Shown in pieces: positions 18,039 through 27,506 of a stretch of 64,000 bases of DNA (its first letter is position 1; every line of letters begins with the position of its first letter). The notes below the pieces were generated by a model. It saw only the letters and a list, made by a program, of their open reading frames with translations, was not told where the DNA came from and did no database searches. Position numbers and translations under genes: made by a program. The DNA comes from an uncultured Gammaproteobacteria bacterium (GTDB lineage Bacteria > Patescibacteriota > Microgenomatia > JAMCZE01). The stretch lies in contig CAZNUP010000001.1 of assembly GCA_964576435.1 (NCBI GenBank), forward strand, positions 98,345 to 162,344, read 5' to 3'.

Positions 18039-18452
18039 GTGAATGAGGATATTTTCCACCTTGGAATAAAAGCCATTATTCGAGACGTAAATGGAAAAAT
18101 TTTATTGAACAAGAAAATTTCAGGACAATACTGGGATTTGCCTGGTGGTAGGATTTCAAAAGGGGAAACAGTCGAACAAACACTTAAAAGAGAGTTGAAG
18201 GAGGAAATTGGAGTGAACGAAATCAAGTCAATGTTTCCATTTTCCATGGTGATCTCCAATTTTAGACTCACCAAAGAAGGAGATGTTGGATTGATTTTAT
18301 CAATATATCTTTGCGAGCTGGAAAATATAAATAATATATCAGCTAAAGAACCTGAAACAGAAATATGTTGGTTTGAAGTATTGGAAGCGAGTAGGTTGTT
18401 AGAGGCAAAATATCCAAAGAATTTTACTGAGGAAATTAAAAAACTTAGATAA
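18039..18452 (+). CDS. NUDIX hydrolase
   Basis: Nudix box 'GGRISKGETVEQTLKRELKEEIGV'. Confidence 0.75.
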   Translation: MNEDIFHLGIKAIIRDVNGKILLNKKISGQYWDLPGGRISKGETVEQTLKRELKEEIGVNEIKSMFPFSMVISNFRLTKEGDVGLILSIYLCELENINNISAKEPETEICWFEVLEASRLLEAKYPKNFTEEIKKLR

Positions 18453-18454
18453 CT

Positions 18455-19138
18455 ATGGAAAAACCAATCTTTGATGAAGAAAAGTTCTCCAAAAGTGAGC
18501 AAAACGGGCTGGCGTTATTGGGTCAAGACGATCTAGTAATATTTGCACCTGGTGTAAGCACTGGCGGAATTGCCGAGATGAAAATGGCTTCTGGTAATAA
18601 TAAAAGGACCGTAATTGGGACAACAATTGATGAGGTAGGTGCAGAGCATGCGAGAGAAATGATAATAAAATATGGACTAGACGGACAGGTGCAAATCAAA
18701 GTTGAAGACGTATCAAAGCCACTCCCATATGCTTCGAACAGCTTTGACTTTATTTATGCAAGATTGGTTCTACATTACCTTTCTAAACAGGATTTAGATT
18801 CATCGCTTGCAGAACTCAATAGAGTGCTCAAACCCACAAAGAAAATATTTGTTGTAGTTAGATCAGATAAAAACGATGAAACCACCGCGCCAGACTCAGA
18901 ATATGATTCAGAAACTGGCTTCACATATGTGGTGTATAAAAATCCCAAAAATGGAGAAAAAGTCAAATCTAAAAGATATTTTCATTCAGAAGAAACGATC
19001 ACGAGTCACATAAAAGGCGCAGGCTTTTTAATTTCATCTATAAGCTCTTACGATGAGCAGTTATACATCGACTTTGAGCGCAAATTTATATCTCCAAAAA
19101 TAGACAACCTCATTGAGGTAATAGCTACAAAGCCATAA
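18455..19138 (+). CDS. Class I SAM-dependent methyltransferase
   Basis: Motif I-like 'LVIFAPGVSTGGIA' and Rossmann-type layout. Adjacent to the NUDIX gene (3-nt gap). Confidence 0.6.
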   Translation: MEKPIFDEEKFSKSEQNGLALLGQDDLVIFAPGVSTGGIAEMKMASGNNKRTVIGTTIDEVGAEHAREMIIKYGLDGQVQIKVEDVSKPLPYASNSFDFIYARLVLHYLSKQDLDSSLAELNRVLKPTKKIFVVVRSDKNDETTAPDSEYDSETGFTYVVYKNPKNGEKVKSKRYFHSEETITSHIKGAGFLISSISSYDEQLYIDFERKFISPKIDNLIEVIATKP

Positions 19139-19176
19139 CTTATCAGAAGAAACCTTTGTGATTACTATAATAATCA

Positions 19177-20403
19177 CTACAACACAAAAATAGCTACCGC
19201 CCCAATTGTCATTACAACTAATGTAATCACCGTTAATAAGTTTGTAAGTGGCCCATTTTTATATTTCCCCATAATTTTTTCATTGTTAGCAATAAGAAGT
19301 AGAAGAGCAATCATAATAGGGGAGACAAGACCATTTAAGACTGCCGAATAGAATAAATATTTCATTGGAGAAATTCCAAGAAGATTAAGTCCAAAACCAA
19401 TTAAGGTTGCCGCTGCAATTATTATGTAAAACCCGCGCGCTTGTTTAAATGTTTTGTTAAGTCCCTCGTGGAATCCAAACGCCTCAGATAAAGCATATCC
19501 TGCGGATCCCGCAAGAACTGGAATCGCTAAAATTCCAGTTCCAACAATTCCCACCGCAAAAAGAACAAAGGCCAAATCTCCAGCCAGTGGTCTGAGAGAC
19601 TGTGCTGCTTCAGCTGCCGTTTGTACATTATGTTGTCCAGCCATAAATAAAGTCCCAGCAGTTGTCGCAATAATAAAGTACATAATAAGATTAGATACTC
19701 CCATTCCAACTACCGTATCCTCCTTTTCAACTCGGAGACTATATCTACTAACACTCTTTCCTAAAAATTTTTCATTTTCTGCTTCATCAGATGTCTGCCA
19801 GAAAAATAGATACGGTGAGATTGTGGTCCCAAGTATGGCAAGAATCATTACAATATAAGCCTTATCAAAACTAAATTGTGGCAAGATAGTATTTTTTAAA
19901 ATTTCTGCATAGTCAGGCTGAGTTAAGAAAAACGCTACCACATAAGCAAATAGCGCTAAAGTCATCCATTTAAACACTTGGACAATTCTGTCGTACTTAA
20001 GTTTAATAATTAAGAAGATCATTCCAATTGCCACTGCAAGTCCCACTAAAAACTCAGGCAGGGGAACAAGAAGTCGAACTGCTGCTGTCATTCCTGAAAT
20101 GTCTGCTCCAATGTTAAATGTATTAGCTGCAAATAAAATTAAGGTGATAACTAGGACCACGGGGCGGGGATAGTGCTCTTTAGTAATTTGTGCAAGCCCC
20201 TTTTTAGTAACGAGTCCTATTCTTCCACAAGTTTCTTGGACTGCAGCCATGAGGGGAAATGAGAACAGAGCAGTCCAAAGTAGGGCATAGCCAAACTGAG
20301 CACCAGCTAGGGAATAGGTAGCGATTCCAGACGGATCATCGTCAGCAGCTCCAGTAATAAGTCCTGGTCCTAATTTTCCTAAAAAAACCCGAAACCTCTT
20401 CAT
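19177..20403 (-). CDS. mntH: NRAMP-family divalent metal (Mn2+/Fe2+) transporter
   Basis: 'GPGLITGAADDDPSGIATYSLAGAQFGYALLW' contains the NRAMP DPGN-region consensus. About 11 TM helices. Confidence 0.85.
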   Translation of the reverse strand: MKRFRVFLGKLGPGLITGAADDDPSGIATYSLAGAQFGYALLWTALFSFPLMAAVQETCGRIGLVTKKGLAQITKEHYPRPVVLVITLILFAANTFNIGADISGMTAAVRLLVPLPEFLVGLAVAIGMIFLIIKLKYDRIVQVFKWMTLALFAYVVAFFLTQPDYAEILKNTILPQFSFDKAYIVMILAILGTTISPYLFFWQTSDEAENEKFLGKSVSRYSLRVEKEDTVVGMGVSNLIMYFIIATTAGTLFMAGQHNVQTAAEAAQSLRPLAGDLAFVLFAVGIVGTGILAIPVLAGSAGYALSEAFGFHEGLNKTFKQARGFYIIIAAATLIGFGLNLLGISPMKYLFYSAVLNGLVSPIMIALLLLIANNEKIMGKYKNGPLTNLLTVITLVVMTIGAVAIFVL

Positions 20404-20448
20404 AATGTTATAGGATAATATGCTAGAGTAGAGGAGTCTGAAATAAAT

Positions 20449-20748
20449 TTACACCCCTTGGATTTCTTTTTCAATAATTTCTAAATCACTGACATTTTCA
20501 AGTTTAACCCGAAACATCTCACTAGTCATAATTTCACATACTATAGGAACCACCTGTCCCTTATATTTAAATTCTTTGTTTTTACTTGGAGTTTTTAATT
20601 TTTTAACTACCAAGGCTTCCCCGCCGTTGTCGATTGTAATTTCTAAAGCCAGGTCCCCCATTTCTAAACTAGCTTGAAGAATGTTGTCAGAAATAGTTGT
20701 CTCAAAACCTTTATTGCTTAATTCTGTCTGTAACATCAACAAAGTCAT
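20449..20748 (-). CDS. Hypothetical small protein
   Basis: ORF only. Overlaps the upstream gene by 38 nt. Confidence 0.3.
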   Translation of the reverse strand: MTLLMLQTELSNKGFETTISDNILQASLEMGDLALEITIDNGGEALVVKKLKTPSKNKEFKYKGQVVPIVCEIMTSEMFRVKLENVSDLEIIEKEIQGV

Positions 20749-22237
20749 AAAGATGCTTAAGATCAGGGAGTATATAACTTCTGTCAGGTAATATTGGAAA
20801 ATTGGTACCTAAATATCTATTAAATATCACTCTAAATGAGTTAACTGGTGTAATTGACTCATAAAGTCCACTGGATCCACTAGCCTCAGGCAAATAGTAG
20901 GCATTAAACACTGGAAATTTTTCTTGAAGAAGTGAAAGTGGTGCTTTCCCCCACGAATCAGGAGGTGTCATTTCCTCAGCTAAAAACGGTGCCCCCTCAT
21001 CAGATTGAATGATAATTACGGGTGGTTTTTTTGAATTCTTTAAAATTTCATTAACTGTCCCCTCAAGTTTCTGGTTCACGCAATTTAAATGATCAACATA
21101 TTTTGGCACCTCTTGCCTCCTTTTCCGGGTATCTAAGTTCTGAAATTTGCAGTTTTTATCATAAAAATATGGCTCATGTGGTGCAATCACATGTGCAAAT
21201 ACAAATTTAGGTCCGGGTTCATTTGCTAACTTCCCTAGTTGCTCAAATTGGTAGTTTGCCCTATTCATTCGGTCCCGGTCAGAATCCCCAACCGTCAAAC
21301 TAGGTAAAAACTTGTCAATTAATGGGTCAACAATTGTTGACTGTAAAACTATGTAGTCAAATTGGCTCATTGGAATTGCATTTTCATTTTCCAAAATTAC
21401 ATTTTGGTAAGCATTCTTGTTTGTGTGTGTAGCCCCCCACCAAGACCCCAGGTGATAATATTTGTATCCAGCAGAAGTTAGAAACTTCACCACATTATTG
21501 TCCTCAAGAAGTGGGTCTACTTTAGTTAAATCAGATGAATTTTTGAATTTAGACAAGTAGTCTAGATACTCCATGTTAAGTGATGACCCAAGTGACAAAA
21601 ACGTCTTTGGATAATTTGAAGCACTATCAGAAGCTATAAAAAATCCTTTTTCAGTGAGGAAATTCAAAAACTGGCTATTATCAAAGTTGTAATACTTAAA
21701 AAGGCTCTTTGAAGCTGAATAGCTATCAGGCACAATGTAGTAGATATCAGGCACGTCCGCCTTACTTGTCGTTGAACTAACTACGGGAAGTTTAAGTGGG
21801 CTAGAAATCACAGGTTCATTACTTTTCTTTATTTCGTACTGAGTAATTCTAAAAACTGCAATTCCAAAAAGAAGTAGCGACGTGATTAAAAAAAACTTTC
21901 CTAAACTATCAAGATTTCGTTTAGTTCTTTTAAGAAAGATAAAAGCCAGAACTACCAAGGCTATTCCAATAGCTAAAACAAACTCCTGGTTCATTTTGGG
22001 TAGCACATCACGAAGTGCAAAAAACAAAATTACAAACAAAGAAGCGAGAGTAACTCCTTTAGTTTTATTTCGAAGAAGAAGTGAACTAATAATCGTTATT
22101 ACTAAACTCACTAAAATTGCAGAAGTAACAGGCGTAACTAAGCTACTTAAAAAAAGTTCGCTTATGTTTCCTATATAAAGGTTGAGGATAAAGCCAATAG
22201 CAAAAATTGTTGGAGCTAGTTGAGTAAGTCTCTTCAT
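20711..22237 (-). CDS. Membrane-anchored sulfatase/alkaline-phosphatase superfamily protein (LtaS/phosphoglycerol- or phosphoethanolamine-transferase-like)
   Basis: Five N-terminal TM helices followed by an extracytoplasmic domain about 330 aa long. This architecture is typical of the LTA-synthase family. Catalytic residues were not verified. Confidence 0.5.
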   Translation of the reverse strand: MKRLTQLAPTIFAIGFILNLYIGNISELFLSSLVTPVTSAILVSLVITIISSLLLRNKTKGVTLASLFVILFFALRDVLPKMNQEFVLAIGIALVVLAFIFLKRTKRNLDSLGKFFLITSLLLFGIAVFRITQYEIKKSNEPVISSPLKLPVVSSTTSKADVPDIYYIVPDSYSASKSLFKYYNFDNSQFLNFLTEKGFFIASDSASNYPKTFLSLGSSLNMEYLDYLSKFKNSSDLTKVDPLLEDNNVVKFLTSAGYKYYHLGSWWGATHTNKNAYQNVILENENAIPMSQFDYIVLQSTIVDPLIDKFLPSLTVGDSDRDRMNRANYQFEQLGKLANEPGPKFVFAHVIAPHEPYFYDKNCKFQNLDTRKRRQEVPKYVDHLNCVNQKLEGTVNEILKNSKKPPVIIIQSDEGAPFLAEEMTPPDSWGKAPLSLLQEKFPVFNAYYLPEASGSSGLYESITPVNSFRVIFNRYLGTNFPILPDRSYILPDLKHLYDFVDVTDRIKQ

Positions 22238-23631
22238 TTAAGGGTCATAAAATAAAGCGTTCTCTTGGATTCAGGAAGCGCTATTTTCTTAGAAACCTTG
22301 AAATATTTTCCAAACTCTTCTTCAAAATCCTTTTGTGTGTAGCTTGTAAAAATGTCTTCCCTACTTCGAAGAAGTCTCTGTGTTTGCGGATCCTCTTTAG
22401 GTACAAACTCAATGATTAAATTTTTGCTAAGTTTACTGAAAAATTCAGCAAGCCTTGGCATTGGTAAATTGGCACTAATTGCCAAATGGTGAATAAGAGC
22501 CAAAGCCATCACAAGGTCAGGTTTGGTTCTATCCAAAAAAGAATCTCTTTCTTTGTTCTCAAATCCAATTCCAGGTGTTGGGTTAGCAAGGTCTACGTAT
22601 AAAGGTAAAATATTTTCTTCCCCACTTTCCTTGACAAAGTTATACCCCTGTTCAATAACTGTTGGATCCCCATCGACTGCTACCGTAAAAATACCTTTAC
22701 TTGCAGCAATCCGACTATAATTTCCGGTATTAGCTCCAAGATCCCAGGCAGTCTTTGGCGAAGCAACATCAAGAAGCTCACCCACCAATTTCTTTTTAAC
22801 TTCCAGTGTTTTTTTGGAATAGCTTTCAAAATAGTCGTCTGCCCCATAATCTGTCCAAGTCATCTTTGGGATCTTCCACTGCAACCCTTTAACAGTTCTT
22901 TCAAGGCTATCAATCAGTCCGAGCATTGCATTCTTATTAACCGCTCCACCAGTTGATGACTTTGAGGTTGGTTTGTCATCAGCATGTTTTTTTTGGCTCC
23001 CAGCATGTAAAACCACATGCATTAAAATCCCTGGATTAATTTTTGCTTTAATTGGTATTAGTTTTGCTGCAAGGTCAAGTGGAATCCCATTTATAAATGG
23101 AATAAGTAGTTCATTTAAACGTACATCAGTGTACGAAGTGACAGCTAAAGGTGCTAGAAACTGTTCGCAAAACTGCTTATAAGCTACCCACGGTTTTCCC
23201 TCCTCAAGCTTTTCGAATGACAAAGTGTCAATAAAGATTGGTTTTCCTCGAAGAAACTGCACATTAAAGCTTGTCGCATCCTTAAGACTCATTCCATGGT
23301 TAACTGCAATTTTTTGAATCTCTAAAGTTAAAACCGCGGCATCTTTAAGTTGAGAAAATGACCACTCATAAGGGTAAGAAATAAACGGAATCATTTCTGG
23401 CTCAATAACTCCGTCGCCTTTTTCTTTGTGACCAATAAGCAATCCCTTGTTGGTAAGTTCCTCGTAAAGCCCTGAACTTTTCAAAAGTTCATAATTTTCC
23501 ATATAAGGGGGATTAATCTGGCGAAATACCTTATTATTCTCAAAAAAAACAAACCCACTTGGGTCTCTGAAAGATGAAGCGTGACTATTAGAATTATTTT
23601 TTTGTTTTGGAGGTTTTTGTTGGTTTTTCAT
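22234..23631 (-). CDS. Class I SAM-dependent methyltransferase with a long N-terminal domain
   Basis: 'AWDLGANTGNYSRIAASKG' (GxGxG motif I) and 'DLVMALALIHHL' (motif-post-II-like) in the C-terminal half. Confidence 0.55.
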   Translation of the reverse strand: MKNQQKPPKQKNNSNSHASSFRDPSGFVFFENNKVFRQINPPYMENYELLKSSGLYEELTNKGLLIGHKEKGDGVIEPEMIPFISYPYEWSFSQLKDAAVLTLEIQKIAVNHGMSLKDATSFNVQFLRGKPIFIDTLSFEKLEEGKPWVAYKQFCEQFLAPLAVTSYTDVRLNELLIPFINGIPLDLAAKLIPIKAKINPGILMHVVLHAGSQKKHADDKPTSKSSTGGAVNKNAMLGLIDSLERTVKGLQWKIPKMTWTDYGADDYFESYSKKTLEVKKKLVGELLDVASPKTAWDLGANTGNYSRIAASKGIFTVAVDGDPTVIEQGYNFVKESGEENILPLYVDLANPTPGIGFENKERDSFLDRTKPDLVMALALIHHLAISANLPMPRLAEFFSKLSKNLIIEFVPKEDPQTQRLLRSREDIFTSYTQKDFEEEFGKYFKVSKKIALPESKRTLYFMTLK

Positions 23632-23854
23632 CTGCCTTTTTTGGAGTTTCCTCCTTTTTATTTTTGCTAAATTTATTTTTTATTTTGTCAAAATATCCCC
23701 TAAAGAAAAACATACTTCCAAGAAGTCCAGCAATCACAAATTGAAACAAATAACTTCCAGTTCCTGGATCAATGTATGCGTGTGCTTCTTTAGGAAAAAG
23801 TACAAACCCTAAAATCACCAAATAAACAAAAACCTTTAAATTAGTTCTAAACAT
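23594..23854 (-). CDS. Hypothetical small membrane protein with a Lys-rich tail
   Basis: N-terminal hydrophobic helix. Overlaps the methyltransferase 5' end in another frame, so either this ORF or the methyltransferase start call may be wrong. Confidence 0.3.
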   Translation of the reverse strand: MFRTNLKVFVYLVILGFVLFPKEAHAYIDPGTGSYLFQFVIAGLLGSMFFFRGYFDKIKNKFSKNKKEETPKKADEKPTKTSKTKK

Positions 23855-23859
23855 AGGTA

Positions 23860-24879
23860 TTATTCGATTTTAGTCGACTCCTCCCCATTTTGCCAGTCCT
23901 CATTAAATACTTCTTGTACCTTAGAAATAATATCTCCTTGAGAATAAATAATCCCCAGTTCTCTATTCAAATCCATTGATGAACTTGTAAAATTAACAGA
24001 TCCCGAATACGCTCTCACTCCGTCAACAATAATTAATTTCGCATGAATATAAGGGTTAGATAGTGTTCTAATTTTAGCCCCCGCTTTAGTCAATTTGTCA
24101 GCATCAACTCTATTTGCAGTAATCCTGTCAAATTCAGGTAGCACGATTCTAACTGGGACCTCCTGAGCTTTTTCTGAGAGAACATCTACTATTTCATCAT
24201 CTTGGATAACTTCCATTTCAATATCAATTGAATACTTCGCCGATTTTAAAAGTGAGGTCAACTTATCTCTCGAATTAACTGGGCTAACTACTAGGTCTTT
24301 TTCAACAGGGTTTATCCCCGTTCTTTCCCAATCCGCTTCAAATATTTGAACCACTTCTGAAATATGATTTTTGTTGTAATCAATAATGTTAAATTCTCGG
24401 TTGTGATCAAATGCACTCTCAGTTAGGTTTTGGTTAAGGATAAATAACATTTCCCGGTCAATAACAATAGATTTTTGATGTGACAAAGCAAACGTGGGGT
24501 TGGTCCATTTAAAATTAATTCCTGATTTCTTAAGTCTTTCCGCAGTAGTCTTATAAATGTTCCCTCCCCCAAACGGGTGCCCCTCCATCATTACTCGTAC
24601 GTTAACCCCACGGTTATGTGCTTCCTCAATAGCAGTTAATATTTCATTATCAGATAGAAGGTAGACTTGAACTAAAATCTCACTTTTTGCTTCCTTAATT
24701 GCATCAACAATAGGCTGTTCCGAAGCTTCTGGTTCTACAAAAATGGCCAAATTTGTTTGTGCTCCGGCTACTTCACCTGGTGTGTATTCTTTCCTGACAG
24801 GTGCTCCAAAAAATGCCGCTGTTAAGGTTAAAATTCCAAAGCCAAGTAGGTATAAAGCGATTTTCCACTGTTTACTCAT
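23860..24879 (-). CDS. Phospholipase D-family protein (two HKD motifs), secreted or membrane-anchored
   Basis: HKD motifs 'LSHQKSIVIDREMLFILNQNLT' and 'YIHAKLIIVDGVRAYSGSVNFT'. N-terminal signal/TM helix. Confidence 0.75.
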   Translation of the reverse strand: MSKQWKIALYLLGFGILTLTAAFFGAPVRKEYTPGEVAGAQTNLAIFVEPEASEQPIVDAIKEAKSEILVQVYLLSDNEILTAIEEAHNRGVNVRVMMEGHPFGGGNIYKTTAERLKKSGINFKWTNPTFALSHQKSIVIDREMLFILNQNLTESAFDHNREFNIIDYNKNHISEVVQIFEADWERTGINPVEKDLVVSPVNSRDKLTSLLKSAKYSIDIEMEVIQDDEIVDVLSEKAQEVPVRIVLPEFDRITANRVDADKLTKAGAKIRTLSNPYIHAKLIIVDGVRAYSGSVNFTSSSMDLNRELGIIYSQGDIISKVQEVFNEDWQNGEESTKIE

Positions 24880-24903
24880 GTCATCAATATATAATATGAA
24901 CGT

Positions 24904-26832
24904 ATGTTTACCTATGACCTACTATTAGGAGGCCAGCTCTGGTTATTGCTTTTCATCTTTGGTTTGGTATCTCTTCCAATAACTAACAAACTTTTTGTTC
25001 CACTTTTTGACAAGGGTTATTTCCTGGGCAAGCTAATTGGTATCTTTGTTATTTCCTACGTTCTTTTTCTTTTGTCGTCACTAAAAGTCCTTCCTCTTGG
25101 TTTTAATTCGCTCCTTTTCCTGTCTATGATTTGGGCAGGAGTTAATTTCTTTGTTTGGAGAAAAAATAAAAAACTAGATATGCCCTGGAAAAGAGCTGTT
25201 TTGGAAGAAATAATCCTTGTCCTCCTGGTTGGATTATTCATTTTCATTAAAGGTCACCAACCTGAAATCTATCAAATCGAACGCTTCATGGATTTCGGTT
25301 TTATTAAAGCTCTAACACAGACTAAATTTTTACCCCTTGAGGACATTTGGAGAACCGGTGGGCCACTAAACTACTACTATTTTGGCCACTTTCTAGCCTA
25401 CGTTCTAATTGTTTTATCTAAAATCCCAATTATTGCAGGTTTCTTTGTGGTTCAATGTTTCATATTTGGAGTTTCTGGTGTCCTAGCTTTTATTTTTGGA
25501 GCTACTCTAGTTAGCAAATTTAACCCAAAAGTTAAATTTTCCATTCTTGCTGGTCTACTGTCCCTTTTTGCCACCATCTTTGCCGGTGACTGGCAAACTC
25601 TAAATAACGCTAAGTTTTGGTATCCAGATCCAACAAGGATTATTCCAGGAACAATTTCAGAAATTCCAATCTATTCTTTTATTGTTGCTGACCTTCATGC
25701 TCATGTCTGGGGATTTCTTTTGGGTGCTGTGATTCTTTTAACACTTCTTTCAATTTGGTATCAAAAAGAAAAATTTACCCCTGTCTTAGCCTGGCTATCA
25801 TTTTTGCTAGGTCTTTGCATAATGACAAATACTTGGGACTTTTTAACTCTTGGTTCAATTGTTGGTCTAACTCTCTTGTTCAAATTCCGCCGTCTTTTGC
25901 CAAGTGTCGTTTGCCTGGGAGTTGGTTTTTTCTTGTCTCTTCCCTGGTTAATTAATTTCACTCCACCACTTGGTGGCCTTGGTTTAGTTACAAGTTGGTC
26001 CCCGATTGTTCCTTGGCTTTTATTTTGGGGCCCGTCAATATTCCTAGTTGTTCTCTATTTGCTAAGTAAAATTAAGCACAAGTTAGATTTCCAAAAAGAA
26101 GGCCTGATTTTGATCCTCTTCTTCTTGGTAATTTTTTGGCTTGCCTTCCTTGAAATTTTCTACATAAAAGACATCTTAAGTGGAGGTGAATGGTTTAGAG
26201 CAAATACCTACTTCAAAGTTTCTTTGCAAGTTCTTCTTTGGGTGGGATTATGTACAGGCCCCGTAATTTTTATTCTTCTTTCAAAAACCAAAGGCTTTGC
26301 TAAATATTTTGTCGCCCTTGTTTTAACTATTTGGCTCCTAACTAGGGCAGTATACCCGATTAGGGCAGTCCACCAATCAAGTTTAGAAAATAAAACATAC
26401 ACTGGTCTTTCGAGTGGTTTAGATTTTTGGAAAACTCGCTATCCAGATGATTTCAAAGCCTACCAGTTTTTACAAACCCAACCTAAAGGGGTTGTTTTAG
26501 AAGCCGACGGTGATTCCTACCAAGACACATCCTTTTTCTCTACATTTTTAGGTTGGCCAACAGTCTCCGGTTGGGCAGTGCATGAATGGACCTGGCACGG
26601 AAGCTATGACGATGTTGGTAAAAGAGCAAGGGAGGTAAAAGAAGTTTATACCGGAAAAGATTTAAATCTTACAAAAGATATTCTAAAAAAGTACAACGTC
26701 AAATACATTATTATAGGTTCAGCTGAAAAGCGCAAGTATGCTCAAGCGCTTGATCTAAACAAACTAAAAAAACTTGGTAAAGTCATCTATCAGCCAAATC
26801 TCAGCTCCACTGTTGTAATATCCAGGCAATGA
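24904..26832 (+). CDS. Large polytopic membrane protein (about 14 TM helices) with a C-terminal soluble domain; possibly DUF2298/YfhO-like glycosyltransferase-type
   Basis: Topology only. The C-terminal ~150 aa are hydrophilic. No catalytic motif confirmed. Confidence 0.4.
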   Translation: MFTYDLLLGGQLWLLLFIFGLVSLPITNKLFVPLFDKGYFLGKLIGIFVISYVLFLLSSLKVLPLGFNSLLFLSMIWAGVNFFVWRKNKKLDMPWKRAVLEEIILVLLVGLFIFIKGHQPEIYQIERFMDFGFIKALTQTKFLPLEDIWRTGGPLNYYYFGHFLAYVLIVLSKIPIIAGFFVVQCFIFGVSGVLAFIFGATLVSKFNPKVKFSILAGLLSLFATIFAGDWQTLNNAKFWYPDPTRIIPGTISEIPIYSFIVADLHAHVWGFLLGAVILLTLLSIWYQKEKFTPVLAWLSFLLGLCIMTNTWDFLTLGSIVGLTLLFKFRRLLPSVVCLGVGFFLSLPWLINFTPPLGGLGLVTSWSPIVPWLLFWGPSIFLVVLYLLSKIKHKLDFQKEGLILILFFLVIFWLAFLEIFYIKDILSGGEWFRANTYFKVSLQVLLWVGLCTGPVIFILLSKTKGFAKYFVALVLTIWLLTRAVYPIRAVHQSSLENKTYTGLSSGLDFWKTRYPDDFKAYQFLQTQPKGVVLEADGDSYQDTSFFSTFLGWPTVSGWAVHEWTWHGSYDDVGKRAREVKEVYTGKDLNLTKDILKKYNVKYIIIGSAEKRKYAQALDLNKLKKLGKVIYQPNLSSTVVISRQ

Positions 26833-27506
26833 GGGTTCTAGTTGTTGAAGACGAGCACAAAATTGCTAACTCCATTAAAAAGGGACTTGAACAAGAATCC
26901 TTTGCTGTTGATGTTGCCTACGATGGCGAAGAAGGCTATGACCTAGCTTCTGGTGAAACTTATGACGTCATTGTCCTTGACCTCATGCTTCCAGGCCTGC
27001 CAGGTTTAGAAATTTGTAAAAAACTAAGACAAGAAAAAAACCACACTCCAATTTTAATTCTCACCGCTAAAGGTCAACTTGACGAAAAAGTTGATGGACT
27101 AAATTCTGGCGCCGATGATTATCTAGTTAAGCCCTTTGCTTTTGCTGAGCTTTTAGCAAGAATTAAAGCTCTTTCAAGAAGGCCAAAAGATAGTGTTGGT
27201 TCAAAGCTTCAAGTTGAAGACCTCGTTTTGGATACTGTCACCTATGATGTAACTAGACAAGGGAAAAATATTTCCCTTTCAAGAAAAGAATTTGCCCTTT
27301 TAGAATATCTCATGCGCCACGCTGGAAAGACATTACCTAAAGACACAATTATAAGTAGTGTTTGGAGTTATGAAGCAGACGTTCTGCCAAATACTGTTGA
27401 AGTCTATATTGGCTATCTAAGAAACAAGATTGACAAGCCATTTAAAGGCAGTCCCGCTCTAATTCACACTATTCGAGGCTTTGGGTATAAAATAGGTCTA
27501 AATTAA
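26829..27506 (+). CDS. OmpR-family response regulator
   Basis: 'RVLVVEDEHKIA...VIVLDLMLPGLPG' receiver domain, and a winged-helix C-terminal domain 'VEVYIGYLRNKID'. Confidence 0.85.
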   Translation: MRVLVVEDEHKIANSIKKGLEQESFAVDVAYDGEEGYDLASGETYDVIVLDLMLPGLPGLEICKKLRQEKNHTPILILTAKGQLDEKVDGLNSGADDYLVKPFAFAELLARIKALSRRPKDSVGSKLQVEDLVLDTVTYDVTRQGKNISLSRKEFALLEYLMRHAGKTLPKDTIISSVWSYEADVLPNTVEVYIGYLRNKIDKPFKGSPALIHTIRGFGYKIGLN

